A stretch of 64,000 nucleotides of DNA. Origin: Enoplolaimus lenunculus (taxonomy: Eukaryota). The stretch covers positions 1-64,000 of the forward strand of contig JASANG010003984.1 in the NCBI GenBank assembly GCA_030248215.1, written 5' to 3'. This document shows, in pieces, positions 37,545-52,545 of this stretch. The translations under genes and the position numbers were made by a program. Positions within the stretch are counted from its first letter, which is position 1; every line of letters starts with the position of its first letter. The notes beneath the pieces were generated by a model. It was not told the origin of the DNA and made no database searches. It was given only the letters and a program-made list of their open reading frames with translations.

Positions 37545-40500
37545 ATGACCGACAGCGATTTGTTTGAGCAACAAAAGGCTCTTAAACGGGGTCTACTCAA
37601 TCGGTTGTTAGATGCAGTGAAACAGGTTTGTTATTAATTTATCTTAGGTTGCAGTATAGATTAGTTTTGTGTAATAAGTATCCATTCAGTTAGAGTAGTT
37701 GTGGAATTTCGTGTTAAATGAGCAATTACAAATTTGAACTGTTTTTTATATCGCTCCAGTGTTTTGTATCCACTGAAGTTTACTGGAAATGAACGATCAC
37801 TTATTCAATTACTCGTATTAGGCGTCAGATGTCCACGGACAGCGAGCAATAGATTTCATGCTACCCATTGGCACATTATTGTTTAACCTTATTGCTAAAA
37901 GTCACAACCTTTGCGATAAATTTGTTTGGAAATTTTTTATAAATACGTCAGAAGGAAGCAAGGTTCTTACAGGCTGTTGAATATTTTTAAATTTTCATAC
38001 TAGATGTGAAATTTGTTTTTTATATTTATATATAAATCCGAATTTATTTAATTTCAGTGTCAGTCAAGATTTGGAGGCAAACGGGAATTAGCTACTGATT
38101 GCTATACGCAGTGAGTTTATTACATACACACAGCTCAAGTTAGATTAACATTCAGTAATGATATGTAGCATATATATACCTGGAATATGCACAGTTTTAT
38201 CGGCGGTCCTTTGATTTTGGAGCAAAATCAGGGGAACGGGATTATTGCTAAAATTTGAAATGTTCGCGCTCAGCTGGACCTGCTGATTTCACAAGTATAC
38301 GGATGATCAATAATGACACCCACTTTTTGAGTATTAAACTTGGTAGGCGTCAGGGTCAGGGCCGGAGCAAACACCCCATATTCCCCATTTGCAGGGGGTT
38401 CACCAGGGATGGGTGGTATCGGTTACAAACCGAGACCGGCCAAGAAATATATCGGTCTGAGTCAATTGTTGGTCATCACCGAAAATAAATTTTCAAAATA
38501 AACTATTTCTAATGTTTTTTTGTAAGCGTGTTTTTATAGTTGTTTGTATTTTCATAGCTTTGCTCTGTTTTTCAAAATATGTGCTCGTAATTATTGCGTA
38601 ACTATAAAATGTTATAATTTCACAGAAAAATTTTATTCATCAGCGACAACTTACTCAACAATACAGTTATATACATTTGCTGAATCCTCGACTTCTGGTC
38701 TCGGTTCCAAACCAGCGAGACTGGAAAAAGCGAGACCGAAAGTGAGAACGAGACAGAGACCGAGACCTGCAAAATACCGATACTTGCCAAGACCGAGAAC
38801 GAGACCGAGCGAGATCGAGATTCGGCCTCCAATCCATACGGATTGAAACAAAACCCTACGAATTTATGAATTACGTCTGGCTTCTCGATCGCTTCGCTCG
38901 AGAGTTTTTGACTCTGTTCTACCTTTCCGTGATTTTAAATAGCTTTGGACACTACATAGGCGTTACAAGAACCCTCAGGTTGCTAATTGCCAACAAGTTT
39001 TCTCGCTCGCTACACTCGCTGGGTTACAACTTAAGTTAATATAACTCTCATGAAACGAAATTGTCAAGAACCGTAATAAAGATAAAGAAAGTTTTGAGTG
39101 AGACGTGTCGTGTGCTGTCTTCTTTGGTTGGAGCATATGAAGATTGTATAAAGTTTTACGTAAAATATCAGTTGTTTAGCTACTTTAAAAGAAAACGCCA
39201 AAAAAAGTTTCGCTCTGCGCGCGAAATTTGATTCATTTTAAAGGTGGTTTCACTTTCTAGATCCATCATTTTGCAACTTTTGTGTGTAATTGTTTTTAAA
39301 GGGTGTCCTCACGGCTATCAAACACGTGCGTGAGCTCAGAAAATTTTAGATGGCGCATGGATAAATTCGGCATCCCCCTCTGTACTGCGGGCCTCCGCTT
39401 TGGAGTTTGGGGGCCCATTCTGTATGCTCCGGCACTAATAGGCGTTTTTGACCACCACTTTTCAAACACAAAAAACTCGACTGGTTTATTAGTACCCAAA
39501 ACATCTGACAAGCTCATTATCCGATATCAACCTGTGTATCACAGCTCACGTAGGAACTTATGCATGCCTGTTGGCTTCGAATAATCATATGGAAATTCAA
39601 ATGTGTACCTGATTAATTTCTATTAAGGTGTAGTCAAAATTTTATAGGGTTTCCTGTCTTCTTGCTCAACTGGAAGCAGTGTTTTACCATGGTTTGAAGC
39701 ATAATCAAACTGTACTTAATACGCTCAAGTAAGTAAATATGGGGATAATGTTGCGTTGAGCTGAATGGACATGTATATACGTTATACGTTTTGGAAAGCT
39801 GTATTTTCGACAATTAGCAAAAGTTTTTGAGCTGTTTGCAGGAGCGGATTTATTGTAACTGTGTGCGGATACCAAAATTTTTGCCGATGCCATTGTAATT
39901 TTAATATATCTTGCTTAGAGAACCGAAGACTTAACACTATGAACGCGAAAACGCACTGATATACGCCATCAAGTTAAATGGATAGCATTGTTACTCACTG
40001 CTAAGAGCAAAAACTATCGGCAAAAAATCAATATTTTGCAGTAAACGTTACGATGTCGATTAATTGGCACATCCCTAATTGTAATAATGGAAGCATTGTT
40101 TAACATTGAGTGTTTCAGACAAGTCACTGAAAAACTTACAAATATTAGTTTGGATCACTTGGAACTGGAAACAGGTTAGTAGCGATTTCATTAGGTTAAA
40201 ACTGCAACATAATTACGGCAGCCTTAATGTTAAGTGAAAGTAGGTAGCAGAGGTTTTTAAAGTTACGCTCTAAGAATGTTGAACTTTTTTTGTTGGTTCC
40301 AAGCAAAGCTAAACTGAGACTTGCAAACCGAGGCTGCAGCTAAAAGTCTCGGTCTCGGTTATTTTTGAGCGGTAACCGAGAGCGGTTCTACCTACATGCA
40401 GCAATGAACTACATTGGTATGTTGGGTTTTGAGTAATTTTGTTCAATTTTATATTTCCTTCTGGTTATCGTTTTTAACTAAAGTTAGATTTATTTTTGAT

Positions 40501-43500
40501 CAGTCTAAGAAGTGATTTATTAGGCATTAAAACAGTTTTTAAAATTAGTTGTTTGTTTGATTTTGGACGTTTGGTTTTGTCGTGCAAACGTCCTGAGACG
40601 AAAAACCAAGAGTTATTGAGACCGTGGCTTTCATCACTTCATTGGCGCTAAGTTTAGTTTTAAAACCATGATGCATTATGTGCTTCTGTTTGTAAATCTG
40701 ATGTCTTCCTGATAAAAAAGGGCTAGGGGCATGATATAAAACGTGAATAACGTGATCATGATATGTATACATTAACAATTCCAATGTTGGGTGTTTGCGG
40801 GAAGTTGTGTATTTTTAGTATTATGGCATTTTGTTCGTTATCATTTGAGCGACCTTGAACGCTCGCGCTACAGCAATCTCAAACACATTACAACTGACTC
40901 AGGACGGGGGCGAGCATGGATACGTGCTGCGCTTAACGAGAAAACACTGTCGAGATACGTCGAATCAATGTTGGGCGATACCCATACGCTAGAGTAAGAA
41001 CCAGCGTTTTATTTTTATTTTATACCAAGGCAGGCATAATTGGCGACTGTGACTTACGATAAATTTTCAAGCACCAATTAAAAAAAATTCGACAAGAGAA
41101 ATGTTATGCTTACTGTCAAATTCAAATTCTTTGGAAGGGATATAAAGGCAAGTTGAAAAGGATCCAGTCATATGCTACGCTTGCGAAATTAGGTGCTGAA
41201 GAATGTTTGTCAGTACTTAAGTCTACGATGAGTTAATCAACCAATTTATAATTTTACAGGATTTATTATGAAAGCTGGGCATTTTTACGTGATGAAGAAT
41301 TAAGCGCCACTTTACCACAACTGACGGCAGGTAAGTAATTTCGGCATTGAAATTTAGTGTATAAAGTTTTTTTGCTAAACGTAGATATTTTTGGATCTGC
41401 AGAGGTGCCAAAAATTAGTGGAAGCACAACAATTTGCCACTCTTGTTTTATTTATACAATACTAGTTTTTTAGGAACAGTGATATAAAACGAGCTTATTG
41501 TTTAGGCCTTCAATCGATTTTGTTTGCAATTGCAATTGATAACGCAGAGCTGAATACTGCGAAGTGTGTCATTGAACAGACTTCTGAAATGTTAATTGAA
41601 GCCAAACGAGCACCGGCACCCATTATAAATGTTCAAAGCGGACGCGGAGGTATGTATATTGTTAAGAGACCTGCCGTTGACAAAAGGTTGTACTGACTAA
41701 TGGCTGATAAGAGAATTCACCTGTGTATTTTAGATTTGGTGTTTTAATTTACCAAAATTGTTGGCAATATAAACGTCATTCTTCGAAATTTTTCTTCTAG
41801 CTTTCCGGTAATGAATGGAGGGTGGTGGAATTTCACCAGTGCTCAGCCATGAGCACCATTGCCTCCATTTCGTCCCGCAATACATATTTTTGACAAATGA
41901 GATGTCAGCCTTTTGGCTGTAATAATACTATTTATAGTTGTGACTGGCATCACCGGAAAAAATTTGTCGCGGTGGTAGTTTTATCACTTAATAATGCTTA
42001 CATTTAAAATTTTAGCACGACGATACAATCACAGAAAGAAGAAATCAACACTTGTTAACGTGGTTTCATTTGACAATGCGAGGAGGTATACTATTGCTAA
42101 ATGCTAGTTTAACCGAAATTTTTGACTTACTAGAGTTTGGGGATTTCAAAATTTATGCAAATTTCAAATGCTAAAAGATACAGTTGTATAGTAATTAAGT
42201 ATTGAATGGTTTTACTTAAGCGATATTGTGTTATGTATAACCAGTCGTAGTGGGACTACATGTATTGAGGGAAGCTCGAACACACGTAAGCAGTTAAGCT
42301 AATATGCAAATTAGTTATTAGCTAACTATTCATTTATTGGTTTTAGAGGTTTGTAAACAATTTATTGAGATGCCTCGCACTCAAAAACCCTTCATTAACT
42401 CTAATAATTTGAGAAAGAATTTTAAAAGCCATTATGTAGGCTTATCAATTTAGCAAATATTTGCAAATTAGCTATTAGCTAACTATTCGATAATCGGTTT
42501 TGAAGCTTTGTAGACTATTTATTTAGATTCCTCGCGCCCAAAAAACCATTATTGCTGAAATTAGATTGCTTGTAACCCTAATAATTAGTGATATATTGCA
42601 AAAAAGCCTAATTTAGGCTCATCAATTGTGTTATATGCATATTATCTGTTAGCTAACTACTCAGTTATCGGTTTCAGACGTTTGTAAACAGTTTATTCTG
42701 ATTCCTCGCACCTAACAACATTCAGTACACCATAATAATTAGTGAAATAATTTAAAAAGTCCTAGTTATGTCTTGTCAATTAAGCAAATATGCAAATTAG
42801 CTATTAGCTAACTATTCGATACTCGATTTTGAAGGTTTGTAGACTATTTATTCAGATTCCTAAAACCCAAAAAGCCATTAGTGCGGAAATTAGATTGCTT
42901 GTAACCCTAATAATTAGTGAAATATTGCAAAAATGCCTAATTTAAGCTCATCAATTATGTTCTATGCAAATTATCTATTAGCTAACTACTCAATTATCGG
43001 TTTTAGACGTTTGTAAATAATTTATTATGATTCCTCGCACCCCAAAAACCTTCAGTACATCATAATAATTATCGAAATATTTATTCAAATTTCTCGCACC
43101 TAAAAACCCGTTAGTGCTGAAATTATATTGCTTTTAACCTTAACAATTAGTGAAATAATGTAGAAAGTCCTAATTTAGGCTTAATTAATTTTGCAAATTA
43201 GCCTGTAGCTAATAAACGGCTTAAAATTTTACAACCCAAATGCGAGGTTAACACCCCATGATAATTGGCTTTCAAACAAAAAAGTTTATCAAAACCGAGT
43301 CAGCCGTTCCTGAGAATTTTTTCGGACGGACGGACGGACATCCACTTTTCGACCCCAGAGTACAAAACATAGAACATTGAGTGAAACTTCGAGTTTTGCT
43401 CGGAGTTTCGCTTCGCTCAATAAGGCTATAAATAATAACTTTAAAAGGATATAACGCACTACAAAGTGAAAATCTTATAAAGACAACAAGGCGCATCTTT

Positions 43501-46500
43501 TTGGAGATAGTTTTACATTTATATAGGGGCATGTTTTCATATTTTATAACAAATTTTAGGTTCTCGGAAAGCGATGGTCATATGAAGGTTATATCTTCGG
43601 GTGGCAAGAAACAAACGTACAAATCAAGTACAGCTTCTAGTGGTCAAGCAATCAATTCAGTGCTTCAAGCGTGGAATCAAGGAGCGGCCAACGATTCAAA
43701 TGGTTCAAAAACGAGTAATAGCCGGGCGGTGCCGTCACATATCAACCGAGTAGACTCGTATTCTTCAGCACCTGCAGAAGCTAATCCTGGTAGCAAATCG
43801 GTACAGCAAACGCCGTTGATGTCGTTATCGTCTGTTGATGGTAATATGATAGTGTAGATTGGGTTAAGGGGGAGGGGTAAAGATGGCTGGTTGGGGCAAG
43901 GGGAGTTTTTGAGGTGGCTGGATAAAATGGAGCAGCCGTAGCTGTGAAAAGGTTTATTGAACTGATGGTTAGCTACGTTTGAAGTTTGAAAGTCTTTCTT
44001 ATTACAGTGCAAGCGCTATCTTAGTGCAATACGGCTAGCGGAAAAGTTACCTGGGACATGGAGCTGTCTCGAAGAATTTATTTACTTACGTAGAGCTGTT
44101 AAATGTTCAAAGGGCTGTTGTGATAATGATTAGCTGCATTGGTTGTTTGCAAAAATGTCTAATGCAGTAAAAGCGACACAAGTGCAGTGTTTTTTCTGCA
44201 GGAAAAAGTTCGTGGGAGAAAATATAAAATGCACTGGTATTTGCTGTACCCTCCTATTAAGCGTTAAAGATTATTTTTACAGATGAAAACGTTAGATTTT
44301 GATGTATGCGTTTGCGATTCTATTGAAACCCAGGCCTATTTGGTACTAGGTCTTTTAACTTTTGAGCCATAGTCAAATTTTGTAAAATTTTGCGTGCTGT
44401 ATATGGCAGATGTTTGTCAACACTCTACCCGTATGAGAAATTCATTAATAATAAATGCAGGACAGTAGGTGGTTTGTTTGAAAATAGGTGCTATAGACTT
44501 CTGAAAATACGGTCTCTGATATCAAAATTTTTTCAGACGTACTGGCATTTGTGGATACCGTTGGCGAAGTTGAAGAAGAAGACGCCCGGTCGGTATTTTG
44601 TGATACTTCTACTCCCTCGCATAGCAGTTGTCGGTCCCCGTCCGAAGCAAGCGCTGCGTTGCCAGGCGGTTTACATTCCGGAGCGATTGTTGATCAGTTG
44701 TCTGTGACACCATCCGGCGATAGTTCTCGCAGCGGACAGATTTCGCCACAAATTCAATCCAGCGGAGAATATCAGGCGGTGAAAAGTGAAAAGTAAATAG
44801 TATTTTGGAAGTAAATGCATTTTGAATGTTTATTTTGACTTCGTTATTGTCGAGTAATTATTTTTCAGTTTGAAAGAATAATAGTCTTGGAAAAGCGTTG
44901 ATTTGTTTTTTATTTATGTGTTTCAACAAATTATTGGAAATTAAGCAAGCAATGTGGCTTAATTTCGTTTTTGATTACTTCTTGATCGTTTTTCGCTTTT
45001 TTAGTTTGTCAAAATCGCAACATACGAATTTAGATTCGGGTTTGTTTCTTAACGGTGAAACATTTACACCGATTCTGTCTTACAGTGACGGGATTGGCGA
45101 CAGCGCAAGTGCCTTACACGTAATTGGTCGACCGGAACATTCCGAGCACGGTAAAATATCTTTGTATGTCCTAAAGGCAAGAGGTAGCTAGTTTAAAATT
45201 GGTGTATTCAGGCTCTCGGATTAGTTTAAGTATGAATAGCTTTTCAGCGCTGAATTGTTTTTGGGGATTGTGGATTTATTTTAAATATTTTCAGGCGTCG
45301 TTGAAGCAAATGGTTTTAGTTCAAGTAATTCCGGAGTAGGTATGTGAGAACAGGACAAAGACTAGTGTGTTGATAAACGGTTGAAATCTTTTAAACTGGC
45401 GCATTGTAAAGTGGTATAGTGGTAAGATTGTGTGAACATTCAGTTTATTTAGTCCAAGTTATAGTAGTTTAATTAAACCTCATCTGACGCTATGCTGCGC
45501 CAATAATAATAATATGGGGAGTTAAATTTTGATTCTCAGCCTGATTTCGCGCAGTGGTTATTTTTTGGCAAAAGCGAAACTGTATTTATAGTGAGACGAA
45601 GCTTTCATCAAACAAATTCTCTGAAAAATTATACATCGTAATATGGTAGTATAGTGTGTAGCATTGCTAATTTGCATTATTTTTTGTTTTAGATATTCCA
45701 ACGCTGAATGATTTGCTGCAAACTGATAACACATTACGTACAGATTGTGTTGGTCAACCAAATGGTGGAGACTCTTATGCTCAAAGGTGAGTTAATGTTT
45801 TAATATCAACATCACACATTTGGTCGCAATTCTGCAGTGAGTTAGTTGACTACACAATATGGGGCTGCAAGATTGTCGCAAATTATTCGACCTTTGAATT
45901 TAAGTGTTTTAAATGCCGTCATGAGTTTACTTTTTGGCAGTCTCATGTTGTACCTTTTTAAGGCACTTGTGTGCATTCAACCGATAAAAGTTCAATTACG
46001 CATGATGACTGGATTAATGATGTATGCTGAGGGTTTGGCATATGTTTAGCCTAAACTGAGCTTAAATTTATGAAAATAATAAACTGAAATGTGGGAAACT
46101 TTAAGGGAAATCAAACAAGTTGCCCGTTGGCCAGTCATTTCGACGATTTCATATGAAAAATTTTTCGCATTATTCGTGTTGCTTGAATAAATTATTACTG
46201 TTTTCAGTGGAAGTGATTACTTGAGCGGCGCAGAGGATTGCGCAGGTGACAACTGTTCAAATCCGGACAGCAATTCGGCTGAATTTGTGGCAAGTTTACG
46301 GCAACAGCTAGCGGCGGTCAAACAACAAAGCACTGTGACAGTTTCAAAGCTTGAAGCTCAGTTGGACTCGGCTCTGCAGTAAGAATTGTTTTGGTGGTGG
46401 TCATGGATTAAAAACAAGGGAGAAGGGGTCGGTCTCTTTGAGCAAGTGACGTCTGTGGAAGTTGAAAAAAGAAATTGAATTTGCGTTGAGTAGAGTTTTT

Positions 46501-49500
46501 GATCGAATGGAAAAAATAGCAAAAATCGTTTATATCGTAGGTGTTAGAATTGAATTTTTTTCAAATAAAGATCAGTTTGAAAATGCAAATTTAACAAAAT
46601 TGAATTGTTGTACAGCTCACGTATATTAAGTTTATTTATGGTAGAAGTGTTTGATATGAATATGATATTTTAGTTGTTTCACGCTAGCAATATTTCGAAA
46701 TTATTCGGTTTCTAACGGTTATAGACAGAAATCACTCTTCTTTACTGTGTACCTTATATTTTCAGAGAAAACGAAGTATTGAAAGGCCAAATCAAAAGTT
46801 ATATATCAGCAGTACAATTGCTTAAATCTCGTGGTGCTCAGAACTTTTCAGGTTGGTTGACTATAATTTACATCGGATCGGGGTTGAAAAACAGCGTAGC
46901 AAGCGTTTTTGGTAGGTAATTAATTTAATGAAATTGCTAGAAAAGATTTCAGGTGTTTTGTAGGGATATAGGCAAGCAAAAAGTAAAATATGGATGCAAC
47001 TCGGTATATTTTAGCAATCAAGCGGAATTCAGCAGCCAAGACCAAAAGCAGATCTCCTGGTGTGTTAACATTTGTCAGTTATAAAAAAATTGAAGTACAT
47101 GCGTAGATTTTAGCAGGTGCCCATGTTATTGATGTGTAATAGTCGAGTAACTGAAGCGTAACGCACTAAATTGCAATATTAACAGTTTTTACAGTTCAAA
47201 ACTAAATATTTAAAATATGTGTTTAAGAATCACCGGAAGTTAATGAACTGGTATCCTGTTCGACATCATTCGAAAATCCAGATGATCCAGCGAGCGTATA
47301 CGAACAGAAATTAATTCAGGTGTGTGGTTCCGTTATTTATAATTAAGCATTACACAGAGTTGGAAATTTATTTTTTATGAACAGCTGTATACGGTATTGA
47401 ATTAAGTTATGCACCGTTTATGACATTTTTTGCCCCCACGACAAATACTGTAAGGTAAAATTAGTCGCTAGCAATTTTGAAAATCACAACTGGTCAACCG
47501 TACCCGATAGCAAAACGTTAAGACGCACAATTTGGCTGCTAATTGGAAATGTTGATAATTTTTTGATTATCCGGGAAAGAACTTAGCATGATAACTGGAT
47601 TTTAATAGTGAGCTTATACGTGTTTTTCGGCCTTCTAATATGCTTGTATATTAATGTGGTTTTGTGTTTTCTGCTCGTTTAGGTCGCTCAAATGCACGGT
47701 GAACTGATGGAATTCAATGAACGCCTACAGTTGGATCTGAACAAACGATCTCGTCTTGTGTCCAAATTACGAAACGAACTTATTGAGTTACGTGGTCCGG
47801 TAAGAAATTTTTATATTTTATTGTCATAACTGTTTGATAGTTTATTATTTTGATATAGCAGTAATAAATGCCTTTTTGGTTCATAGCCTCGATTGCTTGT
47901 GGTACCTGGTACAAAGCGCTTGTTGAAATAAAACAGCTTTAATTGAATTTTGAGAAAATTATTTTAACAAGGCGCAGATTTATCTTTGTAATGTTTCTGG
48001 AAGCTTTCTGATAAATCAGTGCGAAAACCGTTTTCAAGTTTGTTTCAATTAGACTGTTTTCCCGGAACCGTAATTTGGAATTTTTATGTTGCATACGAAA
48101 ATTAAAATGCGATGATAGGTTTCGAGATTTTGGTTTGGAAAACATTGTTTCAGGTGGCCGAAGATTTCATTATCGATATTGATGAACCTTCATTAAGGTG
48201 AGAGTAGCGTTTCAATATTTTCTTTTCTTGCTACTTTCTAGATGAAGCATAGTGTAAATTTTATAGCTAGCCACGACACCAATTGTTGCAATGGCTAGTC
48301 AATGTAGTAAGGACGCATGATGGTTTATCTGCTGGCAAATCAAAACGATTCTCACTTACTCCGAAATATTTTTGTTGATTGTGCGATGCCTATTGAACTT
48401 TTTTCTGGGTTTACTAAAGTTTATGCCGGTTGTCTGAGTGTCTGTTACATCTGTGAGCAGTCTAGGCCTTTCTTCTGTTTTGGTCTCTTTTATAGTTCCA
48501 ATTAGGACTTATGGACTCTATACACTAACGGACTCTAATTGCAGATATAGACTCCAACTGATTGAGACTTAGAATGGGGTCTTCCTGCTGTTATCACCGA
48601 CCCTTTTGTTCGGGTTACTACAGTATCCATTTAGGTGGGTATTTTTAGCCAATCAAGAGCTGTAGCTGTCGTCCATACAATTTGTGTATTGGCTTGATGT
48701 TTGCTGATATGGCTAAATTAATGCAGCGGCTACGATTACCATATGATTGCCTAATCTAAAAGTAGCTACTTATCGTTGTCTTATTGCTAAGCACGTTGTG
48801 AGGTATGAAATATTATGTTTTTATGTAGCAGATTTTTTATTAGTTTCAGTGGATCTACTAATAATGATCGTCCCAGTATCAACATTTGGGTACCTACTGT
48901 GTTTTTGACTGGAAAAGGTGCTGATGTTCACCATGTTTATCAGGTGAGGCTAACATTTGCAACGTATCTAAGATTTATCTTATCTATTTTGTGCGGAGTT
49001 TGGCCGAAAGATGTGCTACATTTGACGATGTTTTAGGTTTTGCCTTTTTGAGTTCTAACTTTGAGAAGTAGTGACTTTAAGTTTTGAGATTCAATTCACG
49101 GTATCAATATCAGGTTACCTATAATATTAATAAAACAGAAATTCCTCAGCAGTGTTTATGACAAGCATCTAAATTGTTTCAAGAGGTAGATTAAGTTCTG
49201 ACCCGTTTAATATTATTTCTAATACTGAAAAAAGATTTTTGGTTAAGTTTTGTAGAAGTTAGTGTCACGATTGAGATTTTATTATTTTAGATTTATATTC
49301 GGTTACGTGACACTGAATGGAATGTTTATCGACGTTATTCTGATGTTCATCGATTGCACGTGGAACTGAAGAAACGTGATCGGTCAACTGCATCTTTTCG
49401 AATGCCACCAAAGAAAAATATTGGTCATAAGGTAAAAACAGTTAATGTGCTAAAACAAAAATAATTACAATGTTTCGAATGTTTAAAAGTTTAAACTAAA

Positions 49501-50074
49501 AACTATTTATGAGTTGTGCTGATCTTTGTTTGTTTGTGTATTTGCTTTTGTTGGTTGGTTGTTTGCTCATTTTTGTTGGTTTGTAGTTGTTCATAACATG
49601 AACTGCCAATATTGTGACATTCGCAACACTAACGGATAAACAAAATTGATCGGCACATGTATAAAAAAACATTGCTTGTGAGTGTCAAAAACTAGTCTAC
49701 TGTGTACTTAACAACAGTGTCCACTGAGTAATGTCATTAAAAGTTAAAGAATTTTCTGGGTTGAAGCGGCATAAATTCGAGCGCTATTACCACGGGCTTA
49801 CCTGCAGCGTGGCAATACAATTTTTGCCTAATTTGTAAAGAATTTCTTTTGAGAAAGTATGTGAAACGGGGTAGGTATTACCTCTTTGATACCATTTGAT
49901 TTGTGTTCATTTTGTCTTCTGTGTGTTTCAGGATAAAAATTTTGTTGAAATCCGCCGCAAACAACTGGAACAATACCTTCGGGTCGTTATCAATTATATA
50001 GTAAAGAATTTTCCAGAATTCGCTTCAGTTGGTGTGAGAAAAGATACTGTTATTGATGTCATTCCGTTTTTAAG
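37545..50074 (+). CDS. SNX29: Sorting nexin-29 (RUN domain, coiled coil, PX domain). Exons 37545-37625, 38058-38110, 39648-39728, 40119-40174, 40819-40993, 41260-41330, 41506-41649, 42016-42085, 43560-43840, 44537-44792, 45005-45150, 45295-45339, 45693-45786, 46208-46378, 46766-46851, 47228-47319, 47683-47799, 48154-48197, 48844/48850-48943, 49291-49431, 49932-50074
   Basis: In-phase GT-AG exons give [102 protein letters not shown], all characteristic of SNX29. The low-complexity middle exons rest on splice signals and phase only. Confidence 0.93.
42263..43422. mobile_element. Non-autonomous element in SNX29 intron 8 with 13-bp inverted ends, internal ~155/175-bp tandem units and a (CGGA)n tract
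   Basis: TATTGAGGGAAGC...GCTTCGCTCAATA ends; repeated TGCAAATTAGCTATTAGCTAACTA motif; CGGACGGACGGACGGACA. Confidence 0.65.
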
Positions 50075-52523
50075 GTAAGCCAGCTTCCAGCAGTTTTGAA
50101 GGAAACCCCTTTAACCCCTTGTGACATAGAGCATAATATGACCAACTCAGTGTCATTTTTGTGTATGTACGTTAATGTGAAATATGCAATAGAACGTACA
50201 GTGTTTAACATATTCATGTAGATACTGTAGGTATACGCAGTACAAAATCTTCTGAAGACGTGATAGAGCAGCCTCGGTCTCGCATGTAGTATTGAAGACG
50301 TTACAAAACATTAACGTAATCAGTATCGGTCTGGGTATTAAATTAGTGAAATGATAATTATAGTTAGAAAGTACATTTGGGTCGATTCAGCCAAATCTTG
50401 AACTGCGTACTAATGTGCAACGTATTTACGTGCCCGATCTTATTATCAAGTTGAGACGTTTTGTGTTTTAGCGATCAACCCATTGCGCCTGGAAAAAAGA
50501 ATCAACATATGCTCAAGCCATGAGATTATAACGGTATAAAATGAACGTGATAATACTACAAGTATAGTGATTGTTTTGTGATATGAACACAATGATAATG
50601 TGCAACAGAGAATTAGGCGATAGTTTTGGCCAAGTAGTCCCGATTGGAAGAACCGTTTTGTTTGCATTGGCGAACTGGTGAGTTCAACCAGGAAACATCT
50701 TGCTGATTTCTGGTATTGGGTGTTTGGCCAGTGTTACTGTAAGGGGCGTAACAGTAGATTAAGCGTCTTCCTCTAAGCCTAATTCTAAAAGCCTAAGCGT
50801 TGCAAAAATGAGTTCCTAAGCCTAAGCGTTGCAAAAATGAAGCAAAAAATGTAATCTAGAGTCTAAACCTAAACTCTTTTATAGACCCACCAGATTCCTT
50901 GAAGGCCCTTAAAGTAACGGGCTGGATGTTTGATAACGCAAAAGCGGTCGTGTGTAGTTATTGCTATTTTGTAGAATGTAAATTAATTCTACAGTAGCGT
51001 AATGGGATGGAATATAGTTAGCTGTTTGAAGAAAACAAAATCGTACCTGCTTATCTGGGTTGGTTAGCCTTCGATTAAGGATCCGGTATGTAACAGTGCC
51101 GGATTCAGGCGAACGCCTACGTGGTCTCTGAGCGTAAGACTTGCGCTTAGACGTAAGTTTGATTTTGTTCGGGACTTTTTTGTGTACATGGCTCGCATGA
51201 GTGGTTGCTGTCGAACTGTTTATCTTGAATCTATTCTGTATTTAAGTTATACACATGCGTTGTATTTAATGATCTGCATTTTGTCCACTGTAAATTATTG
51301 TTTTTTGCTGCAATATTTTTTGAATTTTGATACAAGGCACGTAGTCTTATAGCGTAAATAATTAACATGTTGGCCAATGTTACTTTAAGGGGCGTAACTG
51401 CAGATTAAGCGTATTCCTAAGCCTAAGCAAAAAATATAATCTAAAATCTAAACCTACTCTTATAGACCCACCAGGAACCTGGACGCCCCTTAAAGTAGCA
51501 TGGGCCAGCATGTTCGTTCTGTTTTAAGAATTTGTTAAATGAGGGGGTGGTAAAGTGCTTCTGACGTAATCTAGGGAACTGTTGGTCGCAAGCGTATGCA
51601 GCAATTTGCATATGCATTCGTGTTACTAGCTTGAAATTGGACTACGTTGAATGGTTTGTTTTGTATTTTTCTTTGATTGTTACTTTTGTTTAATGGTCTG
51701 AGAAATGAATGTGTATTAGCCAAATGTCGTATGGTTACTGTATATATCGACTGCACAATTACCACCCCCATTATATAATCTTTGCCAGTCGTGCGTTAAG
51801 GTTTTTATGATGCAGGGAAACGGAATATACAGTGCCGGCGGAAGTGCCCCCCCCTCAAAACTTCCCAATTGAGGGCCCGACCTTATAGGACCACACTCTT
51901 TGCAAGTTAAAACTTTTCGCAGACCACGAAGTTTACGTAACTATAAAACTTTTGATCGGGGCTACTCGGACCTGTTTGGGGGCGACTATCCTAAGGCCGG
52001 GCTTTTATGTGCTAAAATTATTTCACCTAACATGGATTCGCCTTCTATTGTAAGTGGAATAAATTTTGCAGACTCCCGGTAGGGGGAAGATTTTACCGTT
52101 GTCAAGATTTTTGTTGCTTACGACGAGAAAAATCAGGTGAAAAATTGAATACATGTACTGATCGGACGGCCAATGTTACTTTAAGGGGCGTAACAGTAGA
52201 TTAAACGTATTCCTATGGCCTAAGCCTAAGGAAAAATATAATCCAGAACCTAAACCTACTCTTTTATAAAACAATCAGAAACCTGGACGCTTCTTTGTGT
52301 AACATGGGCCCCACAGTGGTATGGTTTATTTTAAGCAGGCTAAATGTAGGTCAGTTGTCGATCACAACAACCTGACTAGAGAGGCGTTGAGTTTCGAAAT
52401 TGTATTTCAACTTTTATACACTGATGCTTATCAAAAAAGCTTTGCTCAGTGCCTATATCCCTGCTTGGCAGGAGCTGGGTTCCAGTTCACTCTTGGATTA
52501 GCTATTTATTCTTCGTATTTCAG

Positions 52524-52545
52524 CTCAGGCACGTTTGGACGTTAA
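52524..52545 (+). CDS. SNX29: Candidate terminal coding exon of SNX29 (..SSGTFGR*)
   Basis: Acceptor cttcgtatttcag| is phase-compatible with the donor at 50075. AATAAA occurs downstream (~52858, ~53284). The alternative is read-through to TAA at 50076-50078. Confidence 0.4.
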
